From positions 62,001 to 126,000 of the IMG/VR virus record IMGVR_UViG_3300035698_035366: 64,000 nt of DNA, one strand, 5' to 3'. Below are positions 10,799 through 20,360 of this stretch, one piece after another. The notes under the pieces were generated by a model that saw nothing but the letters and a program-made list of their open reading frames with translations, searched no databases and was not told the origin of the DNA. How positions within the stretch are numbered: position 1 is the first letter of the stretch; each line of letters starts with the position of its first letter. Made by a program: the position numbers and the translations under genes.

Positions 10799-11560
10799 TT
10801 TCTTTCTCCTTAACGAGCGTCATCATAAGCATTGGCATACCATATTTTGTAGAACTACCGCCTCTATAACACCTGGAATAAACTACGTCGTAGCCATATT
10901 TTTTAGCTAGGTTGTTTACAGCGAAACGCTGTATATCAGCTGCTGGTACACTATGCTTAGAATTGCGTTTATCCCATTGTTTTTGTTTATTGTTATATTG
11001 TTCCCACCAATATTGCAAATAATCATTGTTCTCGATATTAAGTCTAGCAGCAACTACGATATTGATAATGTCAACACCGTTTTCACTGCAAATTTTGATA
11101 GTACGTTCTTGATCCTCGTCGAAATTCTTGATACCATCATAATCAGCAACTCGCACCCTGACTTTTTTAGCAAACAAGTCTTCTAAAACGTCATTAAACA
11201 TTGCACGTTTAATATGCGGCCTAGCTGCTTGATTGGATACTTTACCACAAAGTCTAGTAGCAGCATTCATCAAACTTTTATATGCCTTAAAGTTCCAGTC
11301 GACGAAATGAAGCTGATCTAGGCTTCTAAAACCCAAACCATTGATAAATTCGTTGATATGGTTTTTGAAATTTGAGGGAGTACCCCCAGGAAGTGTTACG
11401 CACACACCTGAATCGAAACCTGCGGGATAAAGCTTATTGATTATTTCTGAATATTCAGAAATCACTTCATGCTTTTTCGGACTTCCGGTTTTAGCTTTAC
11501 CATTCTTATAATTCTTCGAATGTGTTATTCTTTTTTCATCTTTTCAATTTTAGAAATCAT
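10791..11560 (-). CDS. Hypothetical in NAD operon, apparently frameshifted near the 5' end
   Basis: Strong RBS and ATG at 11560; frame continues into 10791-11465 after a 1-nt shift in an A run. Confidence 0.5.
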
Positions 11561-11615
11561 TTCTGTATCTCCTTTTAAGAATAATGAGAAGGAAAATCGC
11601 TCTCTATCACTCTTC

Positions 11616-12551
11616 TTACTGTAGTATAGCAGGCTTATACTGATTGTCAAGGCTTGCCAATTTGGCAAATCTGGACTTATCAAGCGGGTTGTCCAAATAA
11701 GCTGGATTGTAACGCTTGAACGCACTTGCTTTCATACGTTCCGTTACTATCTCTAGAACCTGTTTGGATCGTTCGTCGTTAACTTCAACATCATCTGCGA
11801 GAATTGACATGGTCATAATGTCCCATTCAAGGTAAGAGCAACCAAACTGAGCTTCATCACCATCGTCAATACCTAAACCATCAGTAGGTTTAGCTGTATA
11901 GATGTTTTCAGGAACGCCAGCAAGTCGAGCCATCACAGGAACTTCCCATGACTTCCAAAGAGATTGAATTGGGCTAAGGTCGCCGACATCGCCATGTAGT
12001 GTCCAAAAACCAGCTGTTAATTCTGAAAAATTGTCAGTTGATGCAACGAGGCCACCGCGACCATTCGCATAGTTATAAAGGGTGATCATCCGTAGTTTCG
12101 CACGAATATTACCGTTCATAATGTCTTTGCGCCGGGCCTGACCAGTAAAGTTACCGTTGAGTTTTTCACTCATAACATCGTATTCATTGCTTAGATCGAC
12201 GATGTGGCTTTCAATTCCGAGAGAATTGCAGGCTTCAATACCACGTTCAGTCTCTTCTGGATTCTGATGAATCGGCATTACAACACCAATAACCGTCCAT
12301 CGTGCTTCTTTGAACAATGCGGCTGTAAGTGCGGAATCAACTCCGCCGCTCATACCAACAACCACAGTTGCAATAGATGCTTGATGACGATACGCAATCA
12401 GTGCATCAACAATACCTTCACGCATTTCTGCAATCTGTGCTTCGGTTTTAAAGGAATTATTTTGGATTAGCTTGTTAAGCTGCTGGTCCAACCAACCTGT
12501 TAGTGGACCTTGAGTATCCTGACGGGATACTGATAGGAGTGTATTCTTCAT
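11616..12551 (-). CDS. nadE: NH3-dependent NAD+ synthetase
   Basis: VVGMSGGVDSAL, GNIRAKLRMITLY, STDNFSE..GFWTLHGD, KPTDGL..DE.QFG.SY.E.D. Confidence 0.92.
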   Translation of the reverse strand: MKNTLLSVSRQDTQGPLTGWLDQQLNKLIQNNSFKTEAQIAEMREGIVDALIAYRHQASIATVVVGMSGGVDSALTAALFKEARWTVIGVVMPIHQNPEETERGIEACNSLGIESHIVDLSNEYDVMSEKLNGNFTGQARRKDIMNGNIRAKLRMITLYNYANGRGGLVASTDNFSELTAGFWTLHGDVGDLSPIQSLWKSWEVPVMARLAGVPENIYTAKPTDGLGIDDGDEAQFGCSYLEWDIMTMSILADDVEVNDERSKQVLEIVTERMKASAFKRYNPAYLDNPLDKSRFAKLASLDNQYKPAILQ

Positions 12552-12647
12552 TTTCTTTTACCTCACCTTCATGGGCAAATAGCCTTTAGTTGTGTCCTTG
12601 CGAACCAACAAGCGAGAATTGGATAATCCTAACTCTCTATAATATTA

Positions 12648-12676
12648 TTTATACACTGATTAATTTAATCTGTCAA
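12648..12676 (-). promoter_or_regulatory. Sigma70-like promoter for the NAD operon
   Basis: TTGACA-N17-TATAAA on minus strand. Confidence 0.7.
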
Positions 12677-12694
12677 TACTTTTTTCATATTTCT

Positions 12695-13168
12695 TTAAAA
12701 TTGTATCCCATCGTCGAATGGATTATCGATTTCTTCATCTAATTTATCATCTTCTAATTTATGTAGAATAGCAATTTCCTGAAGATCTAAATCACCGATT
12801 GCGTTTTTTGGTATAATGTTAGTTAATAATTCTTTTTGCCGGATATGCCGTAAATCGACTACCATTTCGTCTGCTTCGATGTTTTCGAACATAGTTAACG
12901 TTTTTATAAGCTTAATCGTTTTGAAATCAACATATATTGCTCCGGGCAGCTTTGTCTTTTTTCCAGATAGAAAATAATCACTACGCACCAGAGTCTTCCT
13001 GTACTTATTAATGGCTTCTTCGGTTGTGTCAAATTTTGTAGAATTAAACCAATCGCTTTGCCATCCCTCGTTCGAGTTCCAGAAGAATATTTCACCGGCA
13101 TTTTGTTGAATGCCTGAAGCTACCCAACAAAACCCATATTCGATAATATTTTCTTTCGAAATTTCCAT
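12695..13168 (-). CDS. Hypothetical protein
   Basis: 157-aa ORF in the minus-strand cluster. Confidence 0.6.
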   Translation of the reverse strand: MEISKENIIEYGFCWVASGIQQNAGEIFFWNSNEGWQSDWFNSTKFDTTEEAINKYRKTLVRSDYFLSGKKTKLPGAIYVDFKTIKLIKTLTMFENIEADEMVVDLRHIRQKELLTNIIPKNAIGDLDLQEIAILHKLEDDKLDEEIDNPFDDGIQF

Positions 13169-13458
13169 ATTTTAAGATACCAAGAATTAATTTCGTACAT
13201 TTATATTATTATGATAACAATATTTTTGTTAAAAATCAATACAAATTTATGTCATTGAAATACTGTTAAAAAACCGAACAGAGTTCATATAGTTACTGCA
13301 AAATTGAGAAAACTACGTAGATTTTAAAAAAACGTTAAAAAAACGAGCATAAAACCGCAATATTTCAATAATTATGTAAATAGATATATGTAGTTATGCC
13401 ACTAAAGGTATGATTACGTGTTCTGTTTTAGAAACTTATAACGTAAGGAGAGTTTAAC

Positions 13459-14469
13459 ATGAGTTTACAAAAGAAGCTAGAAAAACTTCATGCTCTCATC
13501 ATCAACGAAGAACATGAAAAGGCCGAGGCACTATTTCATGAGGCTTTCGTTGAAGCTGCCCGTTCAGTACACAAGAATTTCATGGAAGAAGAAGATTTGA
13601 TGTCAGAAGACGTCTTCGATGAAAATGATGTGGACGCCGCAACAGATGAGATTGAAGATGAAGAAATGTTCGCAGAAGACGAATTCGAAGATGATGATTT
13701 TGAAAGCGACGAAGACGACGCCGAAGATGATCTAGAAACCGAAATGTCAGATGACGACATGGATATGGACATGGACGACGAAGCTGAAGAAGGCGAAGAA
13801 GGCGATGTTGAAGAGCGCCTTGAAGACCTTGAATCAGAAATCGAGCGTCTACAGGCTGAATTCGAAGAATTGATGGGTGTTGAAGAAAAAGAACACGATG
13901 AAGATTTCGATGATGACGGTGTAATTGGTGACGAAGAAGTTTCGGATGAAGAAGTTGAAGACGACGAATTTGAAGACGACGAGGAAGTTGAAGAAGGTGT
14001 TTTTGAATCCGATGATGACGATGAAGACGATGACGATTCACTAGAAGAAGCATTCGACGAACTAGACGAAAGTTTTGAACTAGAAGATGTTAAGAATGAA
14101 AATTCTGAAGATGCAATTGGTACCGGTGGAAAAGAGAGTTTCTCTCCAAACGCACCAGACAACACAGTTCTTCCAAAGAAGTCAGCTAACACAATGGATG
14201 CAAAGCCTCAGAAGATTGGTCAAGGCCCAACTCATAAGGGTTATGACCGTGAAGATGCACCTTCTACATCAAAGATGAAAGCTCGTAAGAACGTTCGTAG
14301 TAAGTCTACTGACGATACAAAGAGTGTATCTAAAGAAGGTGATGCGGGCGCAGCTCTAAACAAGGATTATGCAGGTAATAAGGGTAACCAAAAGAGCCCA
14401 TATGTATCCGCTAAGAATGTTACAGAGAGCAAGAAGACACCAACACGTCGACGTGCTACAAAGAAATAA
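13459..14469 (+). CDS. Highly acidic prohead core/scaffold-like protein
   Basis: Long D/E-rich tract, RBS AAGGAG, first gene of head operon. Confidence 0.6.
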   Translation: MSLQKKLEKLHALIINEEHEKAEALFHEAFVEAARSVHKNFMEEEDLMSEDVFDENDVDAATDEIEDEEMFAEDEFEDDDFESDEDDAEDDLETEMSDDDMDMDMDDEAEEGEEGDVEERLEDLESEIERLQAEFEELMGVEEKEHDEDFDDDGVIGDEEVSDEEVEDDEFEDDEEVEEGVFESDDDDEDDDDSLEEAFDELDESFELEDVKNENSEDAIGTGGKESFSPNAPDNTVLPKKSANTMDAKPQKIGQGPTHKGYDREDAPSTSKMKARKNVRSKSTDDTKSVSKEGDAGAALNKDYAGNKGNQKSPYVSAKNVTESKKTPTRRRATKK

Positions 14470-14482
14470 TTGAGGTATAAAC

Positions 14483-15118
14483 ATGTATAGACGCGGTTTA
14501 ACAGAGGTATTGAATTTCAAGCAGTCACATGCAGAAATCCTCACAGAGGATAGAGCAGATGGCGGTAAGAACCTTTATATGAAGGGGATTTTCTTGGAAG
14601 GAGATGTGCGTAATCATAACCAAAGAGTTTATCCAACTAACGAGATTAAGACGGCAGTGGAGACACTAAACGAGACAATCCGTGATGGAGAAAGCATCCT
14701 TGGTGAAGCGGATCACCCAGAAGAATTAAATATCAACCTTGACCGTGTTTCCCATGAAATTACTGAAATGTGGATGGATGGTTCCCGTGGTTGTGGTAAG
14801 CTAAAAGTGCTACCAACACCCATGGGGAACATCGTTCGAACATTATTAGAAAGCGGCGTGAAACTAGGTGTTTCAAGTCGTGGTTCAGGTAATGTAGACA
14901 ACAACGGTATGGTTTCCGAATTTGAAATTGTTACTGTCGATGTTGTGGCTAAACCAAGTGCTCCAAGTGCCTATCCTAAGGCAATTTATGAAGCATTTAA
15001 TATGCCACGTCACGGTGCAATTGTTGAAGACTTAGCCGTTGCTATGCAACACGATCCAAGAGCTCAAGCGTTTCTCGCAGAGAAACTACTAAAGTTCATG
15101 GAAAGTTTAAAAAGTTAA
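14483..15118 (+). CDS. Prohead protease (T4 gp21-like)
   Basis: YMKGIFLEGDVRNHNQRVYP, LGEADHP, LGVSSRGSG, DVVAKPSAPSAY. Confidence 0.93.
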   Translation: MYRRGLTEVLNFKQSHAEILTEDRADGGKNLYMKGIFLEGDVRNHNQRVYPTNEIKTAVETLNETIRDGESILGEADHPEELNINLDRVSHEITEMWMDGSRGCGKLKVLPTPMGNIVRTLLESGVKLGVSSRGSGNVDNNGMVSEFEIVTVDVVAKPSAPSAYPKAIYEAFNMPRHGAIVEDLAVAMQHDPRAQAFLAEKLLKFMESLKS

Positions 15119-15130
15119 AGGAGATGGTCC

Positions 15131-16378
15131 ATGGATATCATTAAAAGTCTCCTTGAAAGCGAAGGCCTAGACGATAAGTTGAAAGCCAAGCTTGAAGAGG
15201 AATGGAACGCCAAACTTGAAGAAGCCCGTGTTTCTGTTCGTGAAGAAGTTGAAGTAGACATTCGCGAAGAGTTCGCACGTCGTTTTGAGACAGACCGTGC
15301 TAAGATGGTCGAAGCAATGGATAAGTTCATGACCGATTCTATTACTAAGGAACTGGAAGAATTTCACGAGGATCGCCGTCAGGTGTTCGAAGCTCGTGCA
15401 AAGCTTGCTAAACAGATCCGAGAAAATAAGGAATCAGTTGCGAAGACATTATCTGGTGCATCCGCCGTTCTAGAACAGTTTGTTTTGGGCAAGGTTAAAG
15501 AAGAACTAGGTGAGTTCATGCAGGACAAGAAGGCACTAGCCGAACAGCGTAAAGCAATGAAGGTTAAATTGGAAGAGCAGCAGACGCAGCTTAACCAGAT
15601 TACCGCAGAGCGTATCGGTAAGCTAGAGAAGTTTATTACTCGTAAGTTGTCTGAAGAAATTCAGGAATTTGAGACTGATAAGCACGAACTAGTAGAGCAG
15701 AAAGTCCGCATGGCACGTGAAGCAAAGGCAAAACTTGATGAAACACGCAAGAACTTTGTACAGCGTTCAGCTCGTCTAGTAGAACAGACTCTAAATGAGT
15801 CACTACAAAAAGAATTTACTCGTTTCCGCGAAGATATTAAGGCAGCACGACAGAATCACTTCGGTCGTAAAATCTTTGAATCCTTTGCAGCAGAGTATAT
15901 GACATCTTATCTTTCCGAAGGTTCCGAAGTCAAGAAGTTGTCCAATATGTTGGAAGAGAGCAAGTCACAAACGGCTAAAGCTCTTAACACACTTAAAGAA
16001 CAGCAGAATGTCATCGGTGGCCTAAACCGTAAGGTTCAGGTTACAGAAGGAAATGCTAAGAGAACAAAACTCATGACAGAACTATTGTCTCCATTGTCTC
16101 GCGACAATAGAAGCATTATGGAAGAAGTGTTAAGCAACGTGAAGACTGAGCGTCTACGTGAAGCTTTCAAAAAGCACCTACCATCAGTTCTAAATGAGAA
16201 TCGCGGTGCAGCGCGTCGTAAGGAAAATCTTTCCGAAGACCGTGCGGTACCATCCAGGAGAGTTGTTGAAAAGACCGGTAACAAAAAGACTCGAGTAGTA
16301 ACCGAGAATAGACAGCTAGAACAAAGTGCAGGTGATGATAATGTCGTAAGACTTCAAAAGCTTGCCGGCATTAAATAA
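15131..16378 (+). CDS. Prohead core scaffold (T4 gp22-like)
   Basis: Coiled-coil, between protease and MCP; FGRKIFESF motif. Confidence 0.75.
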   Translation: MDIIKSLLESEGLDDKLKAKLEEEWNAKLEEARVSVREEVEVDIREEFARRFETDRAKMVEAMDKFMTDSITKELEEFHEDRRQVFEARAKLAKQIRENKESVAKTLSGASAVLEQFVLGKVKEELGEFMQDKKALAEQRKAMKVKLEEQQTQLNQITAERIGKLEKFITRKLSEEIQEFETDKHELVEQKVRMAREAKAKLDETRKNFVQRSARLVEQTLNESLQKEFTRFREDIKAARQNHFGRKIFESFAAEYMTSYLSEGSEVKKLSNMLEESKSQTAKALNTLKEQQNVIGGLNRKVQVTEGNAKRTKLMTELLSPLSRDNRSIMEEVLSNVKTERLREAFKKHLPSVLNENRGAARRKENLSEDRAVPSRRVVEKTGNKKTRVVTENRQLEQSAGDDNVVRLQKLAGIK

Positions 16379-16404
16379 ACTTATTATTAAAGGGAGAGTT
16401 TACA

Positions 16405-17640
16405 ATGACTAAACTTTTTGAATCACAGTGGAAGAAGACAAAGTCCGCTCTTTGCGAAGGCAGAGATTTAGAATTTAACCAGGATGGTTCCCGTAACGAA
16501 ACTAAGAAAGCAGTTATGGAAACAATTTTGGAAAACACACACAGAGAAATGACCCGTCTGGGTCAGATGCCTTTGATGGAAACAGCAACAGCGGGATCAT
16601 CTTCTGCTGGTAATATTGCTACTCTAAACAAGGTTATTCTACCAGTTATCCGTCGTGTTATGCCAACCGTTATTGCTAACGAAATTATTGGTGTTCAACC
16701 AATGACAGGACCAGTAGCTCAGATTCATACACTTCGCGTTCGCTACGGCGACACTGTTCCATCACTAGGTGGCGGTGTAACAGCAGGTAACGAAGCACTA
16801 TCACCATTTGATATCGCTCGTTATTACTCAGGTAATGAAGATGTAACAACTCCACTAGCTGCTCCTACAGCACGTCTAGAAGGTGTTCCAGGCAACCGCT
16901 TGAACATTGAAATCCTAAAGGAAGTTGTTGAAGCTAAGACACGTCGTCTATCCGCACGTTGGACCTTTGAGGCTCAGCAGGATGCACAGGCACAGCAGGG
17001 CATCGACATTGAAGCAGAAATTCTTGCAGCATTAGCTCAGGAAATTACCGCTGAAATTGACCAGGAAATTCTTGGTTCCCTACGTCGTCTACCAGGCGCA
17101 CCAACAATTACCTTTACACAGGGTACAGTTACAGGTACTCCAACATTCGTTGGTGACACCCACGCTGCCCTAGCAGTTCTAATCAACCAGCAGGCCAACC
17201 TAATCGCTGCACGTACACGTCGTGGCGCAGGTAACTGGGTTGTTGTTTCTCCAACTGCTCTAACCGTTCTACAGTCTGCTACAACATCAGCATTCGCACG
17301 TACAACTGAAGGTGTTTTCGAAGCACCAACAAACACAAAGTTCGTTGGTACTCTTAACTCTTCAATGCGCGTTTATGTTGATCAGTATGCAGATGATGCA
17401 ACCCCAGTCCTAGTTGGATATAAGGGTGATGGTGAAATTGATGCCGCAGCTTATTACTGCCCATATGTTCCACTAACATCTTCTGGTGTTGTTATTGATC
17501 CACAGACATTCGAGCCAGTCGTATCCTTCATGACACGTTATGGCTACCTAGAGCTAACCAACTCCGCTACCTCTCTTGGTAACGCTGCTGATTACCTAGG
17601 CCTAATCGGAATCGACACTGCAACTCTAAAGTTCCAGTAA
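16405..17640 (+). CDS. Major capsid protein (T4 gp23-like)
   Basis: IRRVMPTVIANEIIGVQPMTGP, AKTRRLSARWTFE, YCPYVPL, FMTRYG. Confidence 0.95.
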   Translation: MTKLFESQWKKTKSALCEGRDLEFNQDGSRNETKKAVMETILENTHREMTRLGQMPLMETATAGSSSAGNIATLNKVILPVIRRVMPTVIANEIIGVQPMTGPVAQIHTLRVRYGDTVPSLGGGVTAGNEALSPFDIARYYSGNEDVTTPLAAPTARLEGVPGNRLNIEILKEVVEAKTRRLSARWTFEAQQDAQAQQGIDIEAEILAALAQEITAEIDQEILGSLRRLPGAPTITFTQGTVTGTPTFVGDTHAALAVLINQQANLIAARTRRGAGNWVVVSPTALTVLQSATTSAFARTTEGVFEAPTNTKFVGTLNSSMRVYVDQYADDATPVLVGYKGDGEIDAAAYYCPYVPLTSSGVVIDPQTFEPVVSFMTRYGYLELTNSATSLGNAADYLGLIGIDTATLKFQ

Positions 17641-17667
17641 GATATACCGACGAAAGTCAAAAGAACG

Positions 17668-17696
17668 AACCCGGGGCTTTATGCCTCGGGTTTTTC
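17668..17696 (+). terminator. Intrinsic terminator after MCP
   Basis: AACCCGGGGC-TTTAT-GCCTCGGGTT followed by T run. Confidence 0.8.
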
Positions 17697-19334
17697 TTTA
17701 TTCCATACCCAAACATTATTGCCACAATCCCATATTCTATCATACCCAATTGTTTGCATATATTTCCATTCAGATAAGTCTGTTTTTGGTAATTTTTTCT
17801 TTTGATATTTATAACGTGATTCCCTGATTTCATAATTTCGTGTATATGAATATCCTGGAGATGTCATTTTTTTGAATTTGAATTTATTATGTTTGTACAC
17901 ATTACCATTACCGTATCTTAAATCAGCATATGATAATATAGTATCCGGATCATTATTCTTTATAAAATAATTTAATAACCTTGAAAATCCACCAGTAACA
18001 GTTGTTCCTTGCAAGGAAGTAAATCTAGTCAATTCCCATTCATATGATCTATCAAATCTGGATTTTGAAAATGATGCAACTGATACCAGTGAATCGTCAT
18101 ATACTAAACCAATGTTTATAAGCGAATTTATATGGCCCTGTATATGATTTTTATTATGAAATTTTTGAACATCAGAATTGGATAACTCATTTATGGAACA
18201 TTTTCTTGCCATCAATTTGTTGTTAAAAATTCCCAATTTAGCCGATATAACCGATTTAACAATATCTTGTTTTTGTTTCCATTCATCACTAAAAATTGTT
18301 ATAAGTCTGATTCCTTTATCATTACATTTTACAAATTTATCTTGATGGTATTTTGGATGTTTCGATGAACTTAATTCAGAATGCCAATACAAACCACAAT
18401 ATTCAATTGCAATATTATTATCTGGAATTAATATATCCAATTCATATGGATTAATTAATGATCTATCTCCTGACAATGCATTTACACCTAATGATTTTAC
18501 AAAATCAAATACTTCTAGTTCTTCTCTAGATTTATAAATTACAGGCGTAGGGTTGCATATTTTGCACTCGGGACGTCGACCATTATCAATATACGTGGAG
18601 AACGTATGATCACAACTTATACATTCAAAATCATAATATTTTTGATTTGAAACACCTTCATATAAATCAATTGGTGTTATAAACTTTATATTACAATTTT
18701 CTTTATAATATTCATTTAATTTTAGATATGAAATTCTTTTGAAATGCTCATTCGTATACAATTTTCTTCTAGTTGCTGCTGATTTCCTAGCTACAACTGG
18801 ATCCACCATTGGGTTTTTTTCAGTCAACCGTTTCATAACGTGGGGGAGATGGGCAGCATTTTCAACACCATATCTATCCATCATTGTTTGTTTATGTGTA
18901 GCTAGTTGTTTTTTTATATTATTCTGACTTGCGTAGAAAATCTGGTGTTGTTTTCGAGCATGTTCTGATTGCCCAGCGTTTTCTACACCATATTTTTCTA
19001 AATTTGTTTGATACCTTTTTTCATTAATTTGGTCCTTTTCTTCTTTGTTATATGATTGTTTGGACTGACTTACCTTTTCGGAGACCGTTTTTCTTGCGCA
19101 CTCGCATACACCAGTCCTACCGCAGAACTTATATCCTCTAACAATTGAATCGAATTTTTTCGTATTACCATTAACGCAAATGTTTAATCCTGGATAGATT
19201 TTATTATACACAAATTCTGCAAAAGGAGACGAGTTATCAAACGCAAGCCAATCCATTATTTCAGGATCTTTTTTCAAAAACCTTGAATAATGTTTTGGAT
19301 AATCGTCAATTGTCTTTAGTATTTTATCCCGCAT
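17679..19334 (-). CDS. Free-standing putative homing endonuclease
   Basis: Repeated xxKYGVEN, Zn-finger CxxC pairs, ELDILIP..IAIEYCGLYWH nuclease motif; very low GC. Confidence 0.7.
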   Translation of the reverse strand: MRDKILKTIDDYPKHYSRFLKKDPEIMDWLAFDNSSPFAEFVYNKIYPGLNICVNGNTKKFDSIVRGYKFCGRTGVCECARKTVSEKVSQSKQSYNKEEKDQINEKRYQTNLEKYGVENAGQSEHARKQHQIFYASQNNIKKQLATHKQTMMDRYGVENAAHLPHVMKRLTEKNPMVDPVVARKSAATRRKLYTNEHFKRISYLKLNEYYKENCNIKFITPIDLYEGVSNQKYYDFECISCDHTFSTYIDNGRRPECKICNPTPVIYKSREELEVFDFVKSLGVNALSGDRSLINPYELDILIPDNNIAIEYCGLYWHSELSSSKHPKYHQDKFVKCNDKGIRLITIFSDEWKQKQDIVKSVISAKLGIFNNKLMARKCSINELSNSDVQKFHNKNHIQGHINSLINIGLVYDDSLVSVASFSKSRFDRSYEWELTRFTSLQGTTVTGGFSRLLNYFIKNNDPDTILSYADLRYGNGNVYKHNKFKFKKMTSPGYSYTRNYEIRESRYKYQKKKLPKTDLSEWKYMQTIGYDRIWDCGNNVWVWNKEKPEA

Positions 19335-19440
19335 CGATGTGTCATCCTTTGAACCAGTTATATATTAAATATAGTGTATTTATATTAATAAATCAATAAA
19401 TAATATTGACTATTACTTGATCATTACTATAGAATATAAT

Positions 19441-19590
19441 ATGGATAATAAAAACGATAAAGAAATTAAAGTTACAATGTCAAAAACCCAAGTCTTGGCG
19501 AAGAATAGAGCATTAAGTGCTGACTGGACATTTGAAATTCTTCAAGATCTTCAAACCAATCAGGCCAATCCAAAGGAATGTTATGAGTAA
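19441..19590 (+). CDS. Array micro-ORF1 (49 aa), MCP fragment ~aa166-195 + repeat tag
   Basis: MDNKNDKEIKVTMSKTQVLAKNRALSADWTFEILQDLQTNQANPKECYE. Confidence 0.75.
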   Translation: MDNKNDKEIKVTMSKTQVLAKNRALSADWTFEILQDLQTNQANPKECYE

Positions 19591-19744
19591 TAAACCAGCA
19601 CAACCGCAAAATTGGATTTCGAATGATATTAATGTAGGACTCCATTTTCCAAGCAAGGGGATAGGAAAATTATCATTCAGGAACTCAAAAGAAATTTTAT
19701 TAAATATGACTAATAGAGCGGAACCAAAGGAATGTTATGAGTGA
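19583..19744 (+). CDS. Array micro-ORF2 (53 aa)
   Basis: MSNKPAQPQNW..NRAEPKECYE; ATG overlaps ORF1 stop. Confidence 0.7.
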   Translation: MSNKPAQPQNWISNDINVGLHFPSKGIGKLSFRNSKEILLNMTNRAEPKECYE

Positions 19745-19892
19745 CATAAAAAATAAAGAATATAACAAATTGATCTTTTCAGATATTATTAATGGTCAAA
19801 TTATGCATGAAACAAAGTTCATCAATATTAATAATTGGCAACTTCATAAATATCGAATTAATGAATGTAATCCAAAGGAATGCTATGAATAA
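19737..19892 (+). CDS. Array micro-ORF3 (51 aa)
   Basis: MSDIKNKEYNKLIF..INECNPKECYE. Confidence 0.7.
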   Translation: MSDIKNKEYNKLIFSDIINGQIMHETKFININNWQLHKYRINECNPKECYE

Positions 19893-20034
19893 AATAAAAC
19901 CATCAATCTTTAACGTTGAGGAAGAACTACGTGAAATATTAGCTGCTGAAATATCGCAGGAAATAGATCGGGAAATTATGGAAAAAATTTATAAAGAAAT
20001 GGAAAAAGCTAATCCAAAGGAGTGTTATGAGTGA
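19885..20034 (+). CDS. Array micro-ORF4 (49 aa), MCP fragment ~aa200-226 + tag
   Basis: MNKIKPSIFNVEEELREILAAEISQEIDREIMEKIYKEMEKANPKECYE. Confidence 0.72.
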   Translation: MNKIKPSIFNVEEELREILAAEISQEIDREIMEKIYKEMEKANPKECYE

Positions 20035-20197
20035 TATATATAACGAAATAGAAAATATAGTTCACGGTTTGGTGGGATATAAAGGAAAAATGAAATATGA
20101 ATCCGCCACTTTTTATTGCCCATATGTTCCATTAACATCATTTGGGGTTATAGATCAAACCGATAATTATGCTAATCCAAAGAATTGCTATGAATAA
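20027..20197 (+). CDS. Array micro-ORF5 (56 aa), MCP fragment ~aa336-366 + tag
   Basis: MSDIYNEIENIVHGLVGYKGKMKYESATFYCPYVPLTSFGVIDQTDNYANPKNCYE. Confidence 0.78.
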   Translation: MSDIYNEIENIVHGLVGYKGKMKYESATFYCPYVPLTSFGVIDQTDNYANPKNCYE

Positions 20198-20360
20198 TTC
20201 AAATAATTCAAATAATCCTAATCAGGTATTGTTACCAATAATTCGAAGAATTATGCCTAATCTAATTGCTAATGAAATTATCGGAGTTCAACCAATGACA
20301 GGGGAAACGGGGGCGATTTTCACAGGTAATAGAGCAAATCCAAAGCATTGTTATGAATAA
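20190..20360 (+). CDS. Array micro-ORF6 (56 aa), MCP fragment ~aa75-109 + tag
   Basis: MNNSNNSNNPNQVLLPIIRRIMPNLIANEIIGVQPMTGETGAIFTGNRANPKHCYE. Confidence 0.8.
   Translation: MNNSNNSNNPNQVLLPIIRRIMPNLIANEIIGVQPMTGETGAIFTGNRANPKHCYE

Noticed and set aside
12584-12610. NrtR-like operator TTGTGTC-N5-GAACCAA upstream of nadE
   Set aside because: Only a partial palindrome, equally explained by an RNA hairpin
13170-13450. Replication origin in the AT-rich divergent gap with AAAA(A)CG repeats
   Set aside because: Repeats are short and irregular; divergent promoters explain the region
13536-14192. Long Ser-rich antisense ORFs (also opposite MCP, fusA, sheath, cca, Ro60)
   Set aside because: Shadow frames of strongly biased sense genes
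19441-20360. Decayed second MCP gene or DGR template
   Set aside because: Fragments are out of order, individually open and identically tagged; no reverse transcriptase or adenine-specific variation is seen
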